A DNA stretch of 64,000 nt, from sequence record MK327931.1; one strand, 5' to 3'. Source of the DNA: Escherichia phage vB_EcoM_G17. The position numbers were made by a program, and so were the translations under genes. Within the stretch, counting starts at the first letter, position 1; each line of letters starts with the position of its first letter. Under the pieces are notes generated by a model. The model saw only the letters and a program-made list of their open reading frames with translations. It had not been told where the DNA came from and did no database searches. Of the stretch, positions 32,345 to 43,861 are shown piece by piece.

Positions 32345-33001
32345 TTATTTTGCTTTACGTTCTGCAAATAGTTGTTTTACTTTCTCAATAGCTTTAGTCT
32401 GTGAAATACCTTCTGGAATTTCTAGATAAATTGTTTTACTATCTTTCGGTTGTTCAACAACTTGTGTTTGCGGACGCAAGCTTGGCTCTAAATTGTATGC
32501 ACGTTCATAATGTTCTTTAGCCAGTTTTTCATATTTTTGTGCATCAGTGAGAAGTTGTTCTACAATAGTAGCTTCTTCTACTTTAGTGTCCGCTTCTTGT
32601 GGATTGAATGGGTTAAAGTCTTTTACTTTACCATCTTCTTGTACTTTCGCTTGATTTTCATCTAATGCTTTGTTTAGAACATCAAGAGAAATTTTATTAT
32701 TACCACCAGTGTGCATATCAATGTCACAAGTACGAACGCGACGTAGATGCTGCATGTTGTGTAGAACATCTAGCATTTTGCGTCCATCGAGATAACCAAT
32801 TTTATGCATTACTTCCCACAAATCAATATTAGATTGACCATGACCCATAACAATATCAGTTACTGCGTGAACATATGCTTCTGGTAGTGAATCACGATAA
32901 ACGATAAGGCAGTGTTCAGGATCATCTGGTAGTGAACGCCAAACAACAAAAACACGAGAACCTGTATTACGCATTACACCAACATGACGAATAGCTGCCA
33001 T
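32345..33001 (-). CDS. Hypothetical protein (218 aa)
   Basis: ORF 3 nt upstream of the SLOG gene in the same operon; no motif recognised. Confidence 0.6.
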   Translation of the reverse strand: MAAIRHVGVMRNTGSRVFVVWRSLPDDPEHCLIVYRDSLPEAYVHAVTDIVMGHGQSNIDLWEVMHKIGYLDGRKMLDVLHNMQHLRRVRTCDIDMHTGGNNKISLDVLNKALDENQAKVQEDGKVKDFNPFNPQEADTKVEEATIVEQLLTDAQKYEKLAKEHYERAYNLEPSLRPQTQVVEQPKDSKTIYLEIPEGISQTKAIEKVKQLFAERKAK

Positions 33002-33003
33002 AA

Positions 33004-33264
33004 TTATTCTCCTTTATCTTCTTGAGTTTCACTATCTTGTGATTCAGCTTCTTCTTTAGCTGCATCTTCTTGTGCTTTAATATCTTCAAGAGCTACATTT
33101 GCAAAAGAAACAAATTTAGATACAACTGGAGCAACCTCAACAAGTTCTTCAACTTTAAAGGTGTTTCGTGCAACAGCAGCTTCCATGATTTTTGCAGCAT
33201 TGATTAGGTCTAGAAGGGTTAGTTGAATTTGATTATTTTCTTGTTCCATTTTAATACTCTCCAT
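33004..33264 (-). CDS. Small acidic hypothetical protein (86 aa)
   Basis: ORF; possible TATAAT at about 33284-33289 on the minus strand upstream. Confidence 0.5.
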   Translation of the reverse strand: MESIKMEQENNQIQLTLLDLINAAKIMEAAVARNTFKVEELVEVAPVVSKFVSFANVALEDIKAQEDAAKEEAESQDSETQEDKGE

Positions 33265-33322
33265 GTATATTGGTACATTAACTATTATATCATATTTTTA
33301 TAAGTTGTCCCACTTATAAAAG

Positions 33323-33357
33323 AAGAGAACGGAAAATTCCGTTCTCTTTATTTAGTA
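33323..33357 (-). terminator. Intrinsic terminator or attenuator after the VWA gene
   Basis: GAGAACGG-AAAATT-CCGTTCTC hairpin with T-rich flank on both strands. Confidence 0.5.
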
Positions 33358-33358
33358 C

Positions 33359-34783
33359 TTAACTACGTTGACGCTTTTTATCAGCTTCATATTCGTAGTG
33401 TACAGTCTCACCAAATGGTGCAACTTTATTTGGGTTACTGTGAATCACGAACAGTGTTTTACAGTAGTTTGGATCACCCCATGACTGCCACGGTTCACCA
33501 TCAGTAAACATTACAAGCTGTTTAGGCTTGTAGTTGTCGTTCTTCATATGAACCCATACTGCTTCAAAGTCAGTACCACCACCACCTTTTACTGGATATT
33601 CCAGAATCTTACGTTCTTCGCCAGTTTTGTAATCCTTTACAGTATAAACTTCAGTATCAAAAGTCATGATACGAATCTTAAACTGTTTGAATTGTTTAGT
33701 GATGCCAAGAACTTCACTAATGAAATCACGAAGCATATCTTCAGAAATAGACCCAGAAGCATCTAGTGCAATCGCAATATCAATATCATCATCTGGTTTC
33801 ATCCCTGGGTAAATTGGATTACCATAGAATGAACCATTAGAACCAAAACCAGCACCCCATGAACGACGAGAAGGACTTTGATACGTTGCATCAGACTTCA
33901 ACCAACTACGAAGTGTACGTTGAAGTTTTGAACGCCAGTCAATCTTTGGTTCTTTAAAGTTGTTAATCATACGAGCGATTTCTGCTGGTGTACCACCTGC
34001 ACGTGCAGCATTCATCATTGCTGTTTTGAAATCATCCATATAATCACGTTTTTGCTGTTCACTTGAACCACCTTCTTGACCTTCTTGTGGAACGTCATGC
34101 TGGTCAATGGTAGTACCTTTTGGTTTACCCTTACCATCTTTAATATCGCCAAAAGTACCGCGATTTTTACCTTCACCTTCACCGCCACCACTTTGTGGTT
34201 GACCTTCACCTTCACCATCTTCTTTTTGTTCTTCTTCTTCAAGAAGAATGTAAATCTCTTCTGCGGTCATACCTTCATATTTTTTATCATACAACCATGA
34301 ACTTTGGATTTTTCCAATTTTCTCACGAACGATGATTTGGTTAATGGCATAATCCGCTGCACGGTTATAACGTTGTGGATCACGCATACCACGACGAAGG
34401 AAGTGATCGTAAGCACAGTGTAGAATTTCATGACAAATTACAGCAATAAGGTTTTCATCAGTCAAACCTTCAGTCATTTCTTTTAATTGTTCGTCTGTAA
34501 CTTCAGGATGCTTTTCACGAATAGCTTCTTCATATTCTTTCTTTTTAGATGGGTCTTGAATACCCATTACAAATTCTACGTTGTAGAATAGATGTTTACC
34601 ATCAACTGCTAGAGTACGACACCATGTATTATTAGGAACTGGACGTAAACGTGAAGCGAGTACACCAAAGAATGGTGCAGTTAACATCAAAGATGTACGA
34701 GCCAGAACCAGACGATCTTGACATTCTTTCTGGAGTGCCGGAGATACTTCATTGAATCTGGAAGTAGATTTGTTATCTGACAT
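33359..34783 (-). CDS. VWA-domain protein with N-terminal HExxH metallopeptidase-like domain (partner of MoxR-like ATPase)
   Basis: HEILH (HExxH) near residue 119; VWA MIDAS motif DIAIALDASGSIS (DxSxS); Gly/Glu-rich linker between the domains. Confidence 0.7.
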   Translation of the reverse strand: MSDNKSTSRFNEVSPALQKECQDRLVLARTSLMLTAPFFGVLASRLRPVPNNTWCRTLAVDGKHLFYNVEFVMGIQDPSKKKEYEEAIREKHPEVTDEQLKEMTEGLTDENLIAVICHEILHCAYDHFLRRGMRDPQRYNRAADYAINQIIVREKIGKIQSSWLYDKKYEGMTAEEIYILLEEEEQKEDGEGEGQPQSGGGEGEGKNRGTFGDIKDGKGKPKGTTIDQHDVPQEGQEGGSSEQQKRDYMDDFKTAMMNAARAGGTPAEIARMINNFKEPKIDWRSKLQRTLRSWLKSDATYQSPSRRSWGAGFGSNGSFYGNPIYPGMKPDDDIDIAIALDASGSISEDMLRDFISEVLGITKQFKQFKIRIMTFDTEVYTVKDYKTGEERKILEYPVKGGGGTDFEAVWVHMKNDNYKPKQLVMFTDGEPWQSWGDPNYCKTLFVIHSNPNKVAPFGETVHYEYEADKKRQRS

Positions 34784-34799
34784 GTATATTTCCTCGTTT

Positions 34800-34837
34800 A
34801 GTTAAGATAAAAGAAGGATACCATTAGGCATCCTTCT
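34800..34837 (-). terminator. Possible weak terminator or RNA hairpin between the MoxR and VWA genes
   Basis: AGAAGGAT...ATCCTTCT 8-bp stem with 10-nt loop and short U-run on the minus strand. Confidence 0.35.
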
Positions 34838-34857
34838 TGTCAACAACTCTTTGTTAA

Positions 34858-36183
34858 TTAGCCAAGAGAGCGTGCTTTACGTACAAGTTCAGAGTACTTA
34901 GCGATGAAATCTTTAAACGCTGGTACATCTTTAATGGAAATCGCAACCTTATGAAGCGTGATGGTACGAATTGCCAGTACTGCCAGTTCTGCTTGAGTTG
35001 CAGAGAAGTTATGGTCTAGGAAGGTGATGAAGTTGTTACACAGTTTACCCCATTCTTCCACTGGTAGACGTTGTTCTTGCTTCTCATTGAACAGGTCGAT
35101 AATTTTATAAACCAAGTTCAGAGTGATAAAGTAGTTCGCAGAAATATCCAGCGTTGCGTCGATTTCTTTGATTTCACCAGACAGAATAGACATAGTATCT
35201 GGTAGTTTAGCAACGTTCTCAACGTACTCAATGTATTCAGTTGCAACACCTTCACCAACACGACCAGCAATCATTGCACGGAACACTTCTTTATCAATTG
35301 TCTTAGTTTTCTTGAGATCTTCGTAGCGTGCTACTGCTTCCCATGAACGTGGAGAAGTACCACCACTGTGAGAAGGATCTTGTGGACTAAGTGTGTTAAA
35401 GTACTTAGAACCAGTGTTGTTGATGAACGCAACAGTTGCTGGGTTCAAACGTTTTGCAATCGCATAATCGTTAATCCAATCTTGATGATAAGGAATCATC
35501 TCAATGTGAGTCATACGGTCACGCAGTGGTGTAGCAAGAGAGAAAGTTACACCGCCATCAGTTTCACGGTTACCTGCTGCAAGAATCAGTGCAGTCTTAG
35601 GTAGCTTCATCTCACCAACACAACGGTCGAGGATTAGCTGATAAGACGCTGCCTGAACAATAGGCATTGCAGAGTTAATTTCGTCAAACAGAATAACACC
35701 TTTCCAATCTTCGGACAATTTCAGAACTTTAGGTGCAGCCCATACTACCGCAGTTTCAGCTACATAATCTTTTGCTTCGGCAAGCTCAGATTCTTTCAGA
35801 AGAGAACCGTCAGTTTTACGGAAAAGCTTCTCTGGTACTGGAATACCGCGAAGGTCACTTGGTTCGATTTGAGACAAACGGAAATCGATAAAGTTAGTAT
35901 CTTGGTCGATTAGTTTTGCTTCAAATGCAGCCAGTTCACGGCGTAGCTGATCAGCATTTTCAGGGTCAGCTTCGATTTGTTGTTTCATGAACTCGATTTT
36001 AGCTACGTTATCTTTACGCAGTGGGTAATTTTCATCAGCGTATTGACGAGCGATTGCAGACTTACCGATACCTGGGCTACCCCAAATCATCAGGCTATCT
36101 TGAATCATGTCAGCTAGTGCCATTGCTTCTTTAGCTTTCTTTGGAGTCAGTTTAACGTTCAGGATATCGTTTTGAGTAGTCAT
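34858..36183 (-). CDS. MoxR-like AAA+ ATPase
   Basis: Walker A GSPGIGKS, Walker B ILFDEINS; 441 aa; immediately upstream of the VWA gene, as in MoxR/VWA or CobS/CobT-like phage pairs. Confidence 0.75.
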   Translation of the reverse strand: MTTQNDILNVKLTPKKAKEAMALADMIQDSLMIWGSPGIGKSAIARQYADENYPLRKDNVAKIEFMKQQIEADPENADQLRRELAAFEAKLIDQDTNFIDFRLSQIEPSDLRGIPVPEKLFRKTDGSLLKESELAEAKDYVAETAVVWAAPKVLKLSEDWKGVILFDEINSAMPIVQAASYQLILDRCVGEMKLPKTALILAAGNRETDGGVTFSLATPLRDRMTHIEMIPYHQDWINDYAIAKRLNPATVAFINNTGSKYFNTLSPQDPSHSGGTSPRSWEAVARYEDLKKTKTIDKEVFRAMIAGRVGEGVATEYIEYVENVAKLPDTMSILSGEIKEIDATLDISANYFITLNLVYKIIDLFNEKQEQRLPVEEWGKLCNNFITFLDHNFSATQAELAVLAIRTITLHKVAISIKDVPAFKDFIAKYSELVRKARSLG

Positions 36184-36352
36184 GTATATATTTCCTTTTG
36201 TTGGATAAAATCGTTTAAGTTTCTATTATAGCCAATCCGTGGGCAAAAGTAAAGGAACTGTGTTAAAATAATTTAACTTATCAGTTCCTTTGTTACTTCA
36301 TGAATCATCCGTGTGTTTAAAAGGTAAATCTCTTTGCTGTCTTGATGTGAAC

Positions 36353-36380
36353 ATTATATCACATCGTTTCAACTTGTCAA
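36353..36380 (-). promoter_or_regulatory. Consensus sigma70-type promoter (TTGACA-N16-TATAAT), proximal copy
   Basis: Minus strand reads TTGACA-agttgaaacgatgtga-TATAAT, with TG at -14/-15 (extended -10). Confidence 0.6.
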
Positions 36381-36446
36381 TCACTTTTTTTCTTTTTTTT
36401 TCAAACTCACATCTTGTGTCGCTTGAAAACTTTATGTCTGATGCTT

Positions 36447-36474
36447 ATTGTATCACATCATTCTATCTTGTCAA
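36447..36474 (-). promoter_or_regulatory. Consensus sigma70-type promoter (TTGACA-N16-TACAAT), distal copy
   Basis: Minus strand reads TTGACA-agatagaatgatgtga-TACAAT; spacer closely resembles that of the proximal copy (aga...gaa...gatgtga). Confidence 0.55.
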
Positions 36475-36498
36475 CATTTATTTTTAATTCATTTTTTC

Positions 36499-36879
36499 TT
36501 ACATATGAATAGAAAATAACTGTTTAAAATCGTCACAACACAATGTTAATTCAGTTATTATCATTGCATCTGTCAGATATATGTACTGACCTTCAACATA
36601 ATAAGGTGAAGTACATATTCTGTCAAGTGATGTAAACATTATAGAACTTTTAAATTCTCTTTGCAAGGGGATTTTTGTAAATTCATAAAGATTATTTTCT
36701 TTACAAATTCCATACCCAAACTTGCTAAGACGTAAACCACCGCCAGTTCTGAAATTTTCAAAAATTGACATCAGAAGCATACGGTCTGTTATTTCTGAAT
36801 CTGATTCATGTACTTCCCTAACTTTGGAAAGTACATTATTTTGATATTCAGTACTGTTATGTGATGGTTCTGGAAACAT
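36499..36879 (-). CDS. Hypothetical protein (126 aa)
   Basis: ORF at the end of the minus-strand virion block. Confidence 0.5.
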   Translation of the reverse strand: MFPEPSHNSTEYQNNVLSKVREVHESDSEITDRMLLMSIFENFRTGGGLRLSKFGYGICKENNLYEFTKIPLQREFKSSIMFTSLDRICTSPYYVEGQYIYLTDAMIITELTLCCDDFKQLFSIHM

Positions 36880-36882
36880 ATA

Positions 36883-37278
36883 TTAGTCTCCAACAAAACC
36901 TTGACGTGCAGCATATGATGGTGCACCAGGCTCATTATAGTGTTGTACGCCTTCTTTGTCAATTGTTGGTCCCATACCTTCAGTTCCAAAACAACCTGCA
37001 ATGGCTTCCAACACTTCTTCATCAGCAACTTCAGTACTTTCATCATTATATCGAATGTCAGACAAAATGTCACAGGCTTTTTGTAGTTTATCTACAATTT
37101 CTTTTTGGTCTTCACCAGATTTAATCTTATCAACAATATCAATAAGACATTTGGTAATATCCTTAAGAACATCAACTGCTACAACATCGGATTCAACTTC
37201 AACTGAAAAACTTTCGTCTTCATCTCTTCCGGTAATTTCGTCTAACGCTTCAACTAGTTCACGATAATTATATTGCAT
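36883..37278 (-). CDS. Acidic hypothetical protein (131 aa)
   Basis: ORF; strongly D/E-rich. Confidence 0.55.
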   Translation of the reverse strand: MQYNYRELVEALDEITGRDEDESFSVEVESDVVAVDVLKDITKCLIDIVDKIKSGEDQKEIVDKLQKACDILSDIRYNDESTEVADEEVLEAIAGCFGTEGMGPTIDKEGVQHYNEPGAPSYAARQGFVGD

Positions 37279-37279
37279 A

Positions 37280-38260
37280 TTATTTGTCTCCTAAAAATTT
37301 CTTGTATTTTTCTTGGAGACTTTCAAAAATATCTTCTACTTCTTCATCAGAATCATCTTCCAAGTCAATGTTACCTTCAGGTGAATCATCTTCTTCACTT
37401 TCATTAACATTTAGTGGGTTATCTCCTAATGCAGTGCCTGGGAATTTTGGTTCAAATTTATGAACACGATTTTCGTTCCCTTCATTATCATAATACTCAG
37501 GTTCTGGACGATTGTCAAGATCTTCATCTACAACACGTCTCCAATAAAATTGATTGCCTTTTGCAATTACAACAAAATGGTCACCTTCAACACCATTAGT
37601 CTTTAGTTGACCATCACGAACGGCATCAGCTTCTGTATCATATGGACCATAATCAGTACTGTTAGATGGTTCTTCATCTTCAGAGATACTTAGATCTGGT
37701 AGAAATTGGGTATCTTTCATTTCTTTATCGGTAGCAGGATTACCCTCTACTGAAAAATCTTCGTCTTCTTCTTCGTTAATACCAGCAAGAGATAGCATAC
37801 GACTAAAATCGAATTCTTCTTCAATAATTTCTTCTTCTTCCTCATCGTCTTCTTCAACTGATTCTAGTTGAGGTTGACCACTAAGGTCAAGAGAAAAATC
37901 TTCTTCACCTTCTACACCTGGTTCTGAAAATTCAGCATCCATACTAACTTCATCTGTGTCAGCACCAAAATCACCAACATCAGCGGAAAGATCATCAACT
38001 GCCGCTGCTAGTGGGTCTTCAACTGAAGTTTCAATTCCACCAATTTCTTCTTCAGCACCAATAGAATCGAGATCTAGTGGAGCAATAGGTGGAAGAGATG
38101 GAGTCATAGACCCCATAGATGGTACTGGAGCGGCAACTACTGGGTCTTGACGTTCAGCTTGACCAGCAAGAGCTAACATACGTGATAGAGTTTCCAAATC
38201 ATCAGATTCTAAACCTGCGATATCGATTTTAACTTGTGCTTCATTAATTTTTTTAGCCAT
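37280..38260 (-). CDS. Highly acidic protein (326 aa), poly-D/E segments
   Basis: ORF with long acidic tracts (VEEDDEEEEEIIEEEFDF, DLEDDSDEEVED). Confidence 0.6.
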   Translation of the reverse strand: MAKKINEAQVKIDIAGLESDDLETLSRMLALAGQAERQDPVVAAPVPSMGSMTPSLPPIAPLDLDSIGAEEEIGGIETSVEDPLAAAVDDLSADVGDFGADTDEVSMDAEFSEPGVEGEEDFSLDLSGQPQLESVEEDDEEEEEIIEEEFDFSRMLSLAGINEEEDEDFSVEGNPATDKEMKDTQFLPDLSISEDEEPSNSTDYGPYDTEADAVRDGQLKTNGVEGDHFVVIAKGNQFYWRRVVDEDLDNRPEPEYYDNEGNENRVHKFEPKFPGTALGDNPLNVNESEEDDSPEGNIDLEDDSDEEVEDIFESLQEKYKKFLGDK

Positions 38261-38282
38261 TTTAAATAAATCCTTTTAGTTA

Positions 38283-39800
38283 TCAATCATTATTATTTAA
38301 TGATTTTAAAATTTGCACTGTTTCATCCTTTTTACCTGAAAGTAAAATGTCAGCAGCAAGTAGAGAAACCTCATCACCACGAGTTAGTAGTACTGTGATT
38401 TTTTTAGCATAAGGTGACTCTTTAATTTTAGAAGCTAATGATTGTACATCATCACCAGCAATTGTTTCAGATTTAGTTTCTGGTTCAGAAACTTCGTCTG
38501 GTTTTTGTTCAGATTCTGGTTCTTTCTTAGGTTCTTCTTTTGATTGAATTTGCTCAGTACCAGAGTCTACTTCAGGTGTTTCATCACTTTTAACTTCTTT
38601 ATCTTGTTCATATTTGGCAAGTAATTTAGCAGCAGTTGCTTTTGGTATAAACTTACCATCAGCACTAATGAATCTGTCACCACCAACATACGAATATTCT
38701 TTGCCTTGTTTGGATTTAACTTTTGTACCGATTTTCATAGCACCGGAATTGTTATGACGGAAAATATCACGCTGTGCTGCTCGTTCAACACTTTTAGAAG
38801 CACTTGTGTTAAGTTGCTTTTTACTTTCGATATCATACCACAAGTTATTTTTCTTAGCGTATGTTTTTCCTTTAGAAGAAGTCATTCTATAACCGTCAGG
38901 AACAGTAATGCTTTCAAATTCTTCAATTTCTTCATCTGCTTCATTAATTGATTCTTTAGTTGCAAATACTGGCTGTTTAGCAGGGTGTGAAGCTTTATGT
39001 GGCTTTTCACCTGAACCAAAACGTTGCTCACTATGTTCTTGTTCACCCGTTAATGTAGGAAAATCACTTGGGTTATTCTTAACAAATTGCTGATATGCAT
39101 TAATAATTGCATGTGCATTTTGTTCTGGAATTACTACATTACCATCATTATCACAAAATTCTTTACCATTCCACTCACAACGTGTATTGCCTTGAACTAA
39201 GGTTGATTTGATTGGAATTAGTTTATTTTTAGAAGCTAACTGACGAGCAATACGCATACCTTCATCTGATAGTTTACGGGTCATTGCTGGATCAACTGCT
39301 CGTCCTGATTTCATATCAACAAAACGGTGATTCTTTGGCACAAATTTAAAACCACTTACTTCCATACCTGCTGGAATTGATATATCATCAGCATATGGTG
39401 GAAGAATGTAAAATTTTAATGCATTCCATTCTTTTTGTAGTGTTTCTTTAGAAACATTATATACTCGATGATCATCTGCCATTAATTCAGTGATGAATTC
39501 ACTTTCAGTTAATAGAATTCCATCTTTTGAATTGAAACGGTTTTCACCAATAAATGTACACTCTTTACCTTCAACAATATATTTGTTACCAATCTTATAT
39601 TCATTTGAAGCTAGATTGTGCTCGACAATCTGTTGTCGAGCACTTGCGTACATGGATGGGTATTTTCTAGGGTCTACCATTAACATATTATTGTCATTGA
39701 ACCAGAATCCTTCAAGAAATACATATTTTGCACCAGTATGTGACGTATATACATATCCATTAGGAACTGTGGTAGTTTCAGTACTGAAAAAATTATCCAT
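38283..39800 (-). CDS. Hypothetical protein (505 aa) with internal duplication
   Basis: N- and C-terminal halves share TVP[ND]GY..TS..G..Y and .KIG.K.......E.....G.RF.S.DG motifs. Confidence 0.6.
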   Translation of the reverse strand: MDNFFSTETTTVPNGYVYTSHTGAKYVFLEGFWFNDNNMLMVDPRKYPSMYASARQQIVEHNLASNEYKIGNKYIVEGKECTFIGENRFNSKDGILLTESEFITELMADDHRVYNVSKETLQKEWNALKFYILPPYADDISIPAGMEVSGFKFVPKNHRFVDMKSGRAVDPAMTRKLSDEGMRIARQLASKNKLIPIKSTLVQGNTRCEWNGKEFCDNDGNVVIPEQNAHAIINAYQQFVKNNPSDFPTLTGEQEHSEQRFGSGEKPHKASHPAKQPVFATKESINEADEEIEEFESITVPDGYRMTSSKGKTYAKKNNLWYDIESKKQLNTSASKSVERAAQRDIFRHNNSGAMKIGTKVKSKQGKEYSYVGGDRFISADGKFIPKATAAKLLAKYEQDKEVKSDETPEVDSGTEQIQSKEEPKKEPESEQKPDEVSEPETKSETIAGDDVQSLASKIKESPYAKKITVLLTRGDEVSLLAADILLSGKKDETVQILKSLNNND

Positions 39801-39813
39801 GTGTTGATTCTCC

Positions 39814-40356
39814 TTAAGAAAGCATACGTAACAGTTGGTCGCGTTGCTCTGGACTTAATTTTTGTAGAGCATCAGGGATACTGGAACCTTGTGCTTTTGG
39901 TTGTTCTTGTTGTGCTGGTTGCTCAGTTGAGGTCGATTGTGATGGTTGTGATTCTGAACTTTCTTCGCCACCTTGTTGGTCACGGTAGTCATTCATTATA
40001 TCACGAGCAGCATTTAATAGAGCAGTACCTACATCTTTTGGTGTAAAAGAACGACGAGGATTGTTCCCTAAATGTTTAATATCAAGATTGTTACCTTTAA
40101 AAAACTGTGCCACATCAGCGTAAGGTACTGATGGTTGAGCTTTACCATATTTACGTCCAACATAACGTTTAAACTCTGCCCATAAGCGGTTGGCTTCAGC
40201 ACCAACTTCTTGTGCACCTTGTTCAATCTGTCCACTACCAAAAAAGCCTTTTACTTTTCCTTTTGCACTATCAACTGCACTTTGTGAACGACTATAAGGA
40301 CGAGCTTCATTTAACTCATTGTCTTCATAATCTAACATTTCATTAAGTATACTCAT
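39814..40356 (-). CDS. Hypothetical protein (180 aa)
   Basis: ORF in the minus-strand virion block. Confidence 0.55.
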   Translation of the reverse strand: MSILNEMLDYEDNELNEARPYSRSQSAVDSAKGKVKGFFGSGQIEQGAQEVGAEANRLWAEFKRYVGRKYGKAQPSVPYADVAQFFKGNNLDIKHLGNNPRRSFTPKDVGTALLNAARDIMNDYRDQQGGEESSESQPSQSTSTEQPAQQEQPKAQGSSIPDALQKLSPEQRDQLLRMLS

Positions 40357-40359
40357 GTG

Positions 40360-40896
40360 TTAATCCTTTTTACCAAAACCAGCACTCATATATTGAGAGT
40401 ATTTATTGTCTTTTTTCGATGCTTCAATTGCATCATCAACGGCAGTGTTTGCACGTTGTTGTCCAGCTAAGTCATAACTGTCTTCTGGTTTACCAAAATC
40501 CACTCCAATAACTGGTTCATCAACATCATCAAAATCGATATCATCTTCCAAATCAGTCATTTCAATTTGACGAGGTTCATCTTTACTACGAACACGAATC
40601 AATGCTTCTGTCATGCTTAGTAAATTGCCAATTTCATACATTAGTACATTTGATTGAACGCCACGATGACATTTAAAGTCAAACATCCAAATTTCACCAC
40701 AATCTAATTCATAGAAATCTAATGGTTTTTCCATAAAAATTGTTTTCTTTAGTGCTCCAATTTCAAACGCATCATAGCGATCCATTAGTCGCTGGGTTAC
40801 TTTACTAAGTTGCTCAGGTGTTGGTTCAACTGCAAACTTAACTCGGTATTCATAAACTGGTTTCTTTTCAGTTAGGATTTGTTGTAATCTATTCAT
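40360..40896 (-). CDS. Hypothetical protein (178 aa)
   Basis: ORF in the minus-strand virion block. Confidence 0.55.
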   Translation of the reverse strand: MNRLQQILTEKKPVYEYRVKFAVEPTPEQLSKVTQRLMDRYDAFEIGALKKTIFMEKPLDFYELDCGEIWMFDFKCHRGVQSNVLMYEIGNLLSMTEALIRVRSKDEPRQIEMTDLEDDIDFDDVDEPVIGVDFGKPEDSYDLAGQQRANTAVDDAIEASKKDNKYSQYMSAGFGKKD

Positions 40897-40923
40897 TTTA
40901 ATAACTCCATAAGGTCGTTTAAG

Positions 40924-43031
<2,108 letters not shown>

Positions 43032-43042
43032 TCATTATCTCC

Positions 43043-43819
43043 TTAAAATCCTACACTACCAAAAACACGATCAATGATATCTAAACCTTGATTGACATTT
43101 TCAGGTAAAAGTGAATTAATTCTGGTACTATACATTTCTTCAATGTTATCAAATTGTATACAATTATCTGGTTTGATAGTCACTACCATTTCAACTGGAG
43201 AACTTGAACTATAGTCTAATGAATCGTATGATATGTTTTGAATAACACATCCGGTTAAAACAAAGTATTCCATAACACCAGCACTGTTATAAGAAGAACC
43301 ACCAATAAATTGATCTACTGCATTTACTAAGCCAGCATTATTTGTTGCAGCAGTTGCAGCATCTACTAGTGTATCTCTTCCTAGATTTTCTAGTGTATCA
43401 TCTGAGTTACGACCACTCAACATCTGTATAACTAAACCAAATTTATAAGAACCATAATCTTGGTCATTTCTTGAAGTTATTCTGCGTTGAAAGTCCAGTT
43501 GTTTTTGTAGTTGGCGTGATAATGCTTTTGCTGATGCATTTCCAACTGAATCACGTATAGATATAGTAATTGGTTCCCAATCATGACTACCTATATAGGA
43601 AGTATTAGTAGTAAATTGATATAGTTTATGAGTACTAAATGTTACAGTAGGTCTATCAATTTTATCAACATCTAATGCGATGTGATCACGTTCATCTATA
43701 TCAGTACCGAAATTATACACAATAACACGAAACTTGTATTTTGCTTTCGGTTGTAGCATTGAACGATTACGCCCCGATGGTAAAGGAACGCCATATTTAT
43801 TAATCATGTTATTTGCCAT
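43043..43819 (-). CDS. Tail tube-like protein, paralog 2 (258 aa)
   Basis: N-terminus KYGVPLPSGRNRSMLQPKAKYKFRV matches the adjacent paralog; both lie directly downstream of the sheath gene. Confidence 0.5.
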   Translation of the reverse strand: MANNMINKYGVPLPSGRNRSMLQPKAKYKFRVIVYNFGTDIDERDHIALDVDKIDRPTVTFSTHKLYQFTTNTSYIGSHDWEPITISIRDSVGNASAKALSRQLQKQLDFQRRITSRNDQDYGSYKFGLVIQMLSGRNSDDTLENLGRDTLVDAATAATNNAGLVNAVDQFIGGSSYNSAGVMEYFVLTGCVIQNISYDSLDYSSSSPVEMVVTIKPDNCIQFDNIEEMYSTRINSLLPENVNQGLDIIDRVFGSVGF

Positions 43820-43861
43820 AGCAACCTCTTTTTATTTTATAAGGCATTATACTTTATTTAG

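Noticed and set aside
36789-37267. Overlapping ORFs 36789-37073 (-), 36861-37124 (+) and 36956-37267 (+) around the acidic-protein genes
   Set aside because: They conflict with the better-supported co-directional genes 36499-36879 and 36883-37278, which fit the operon spacing; treated as shadow ORFs.
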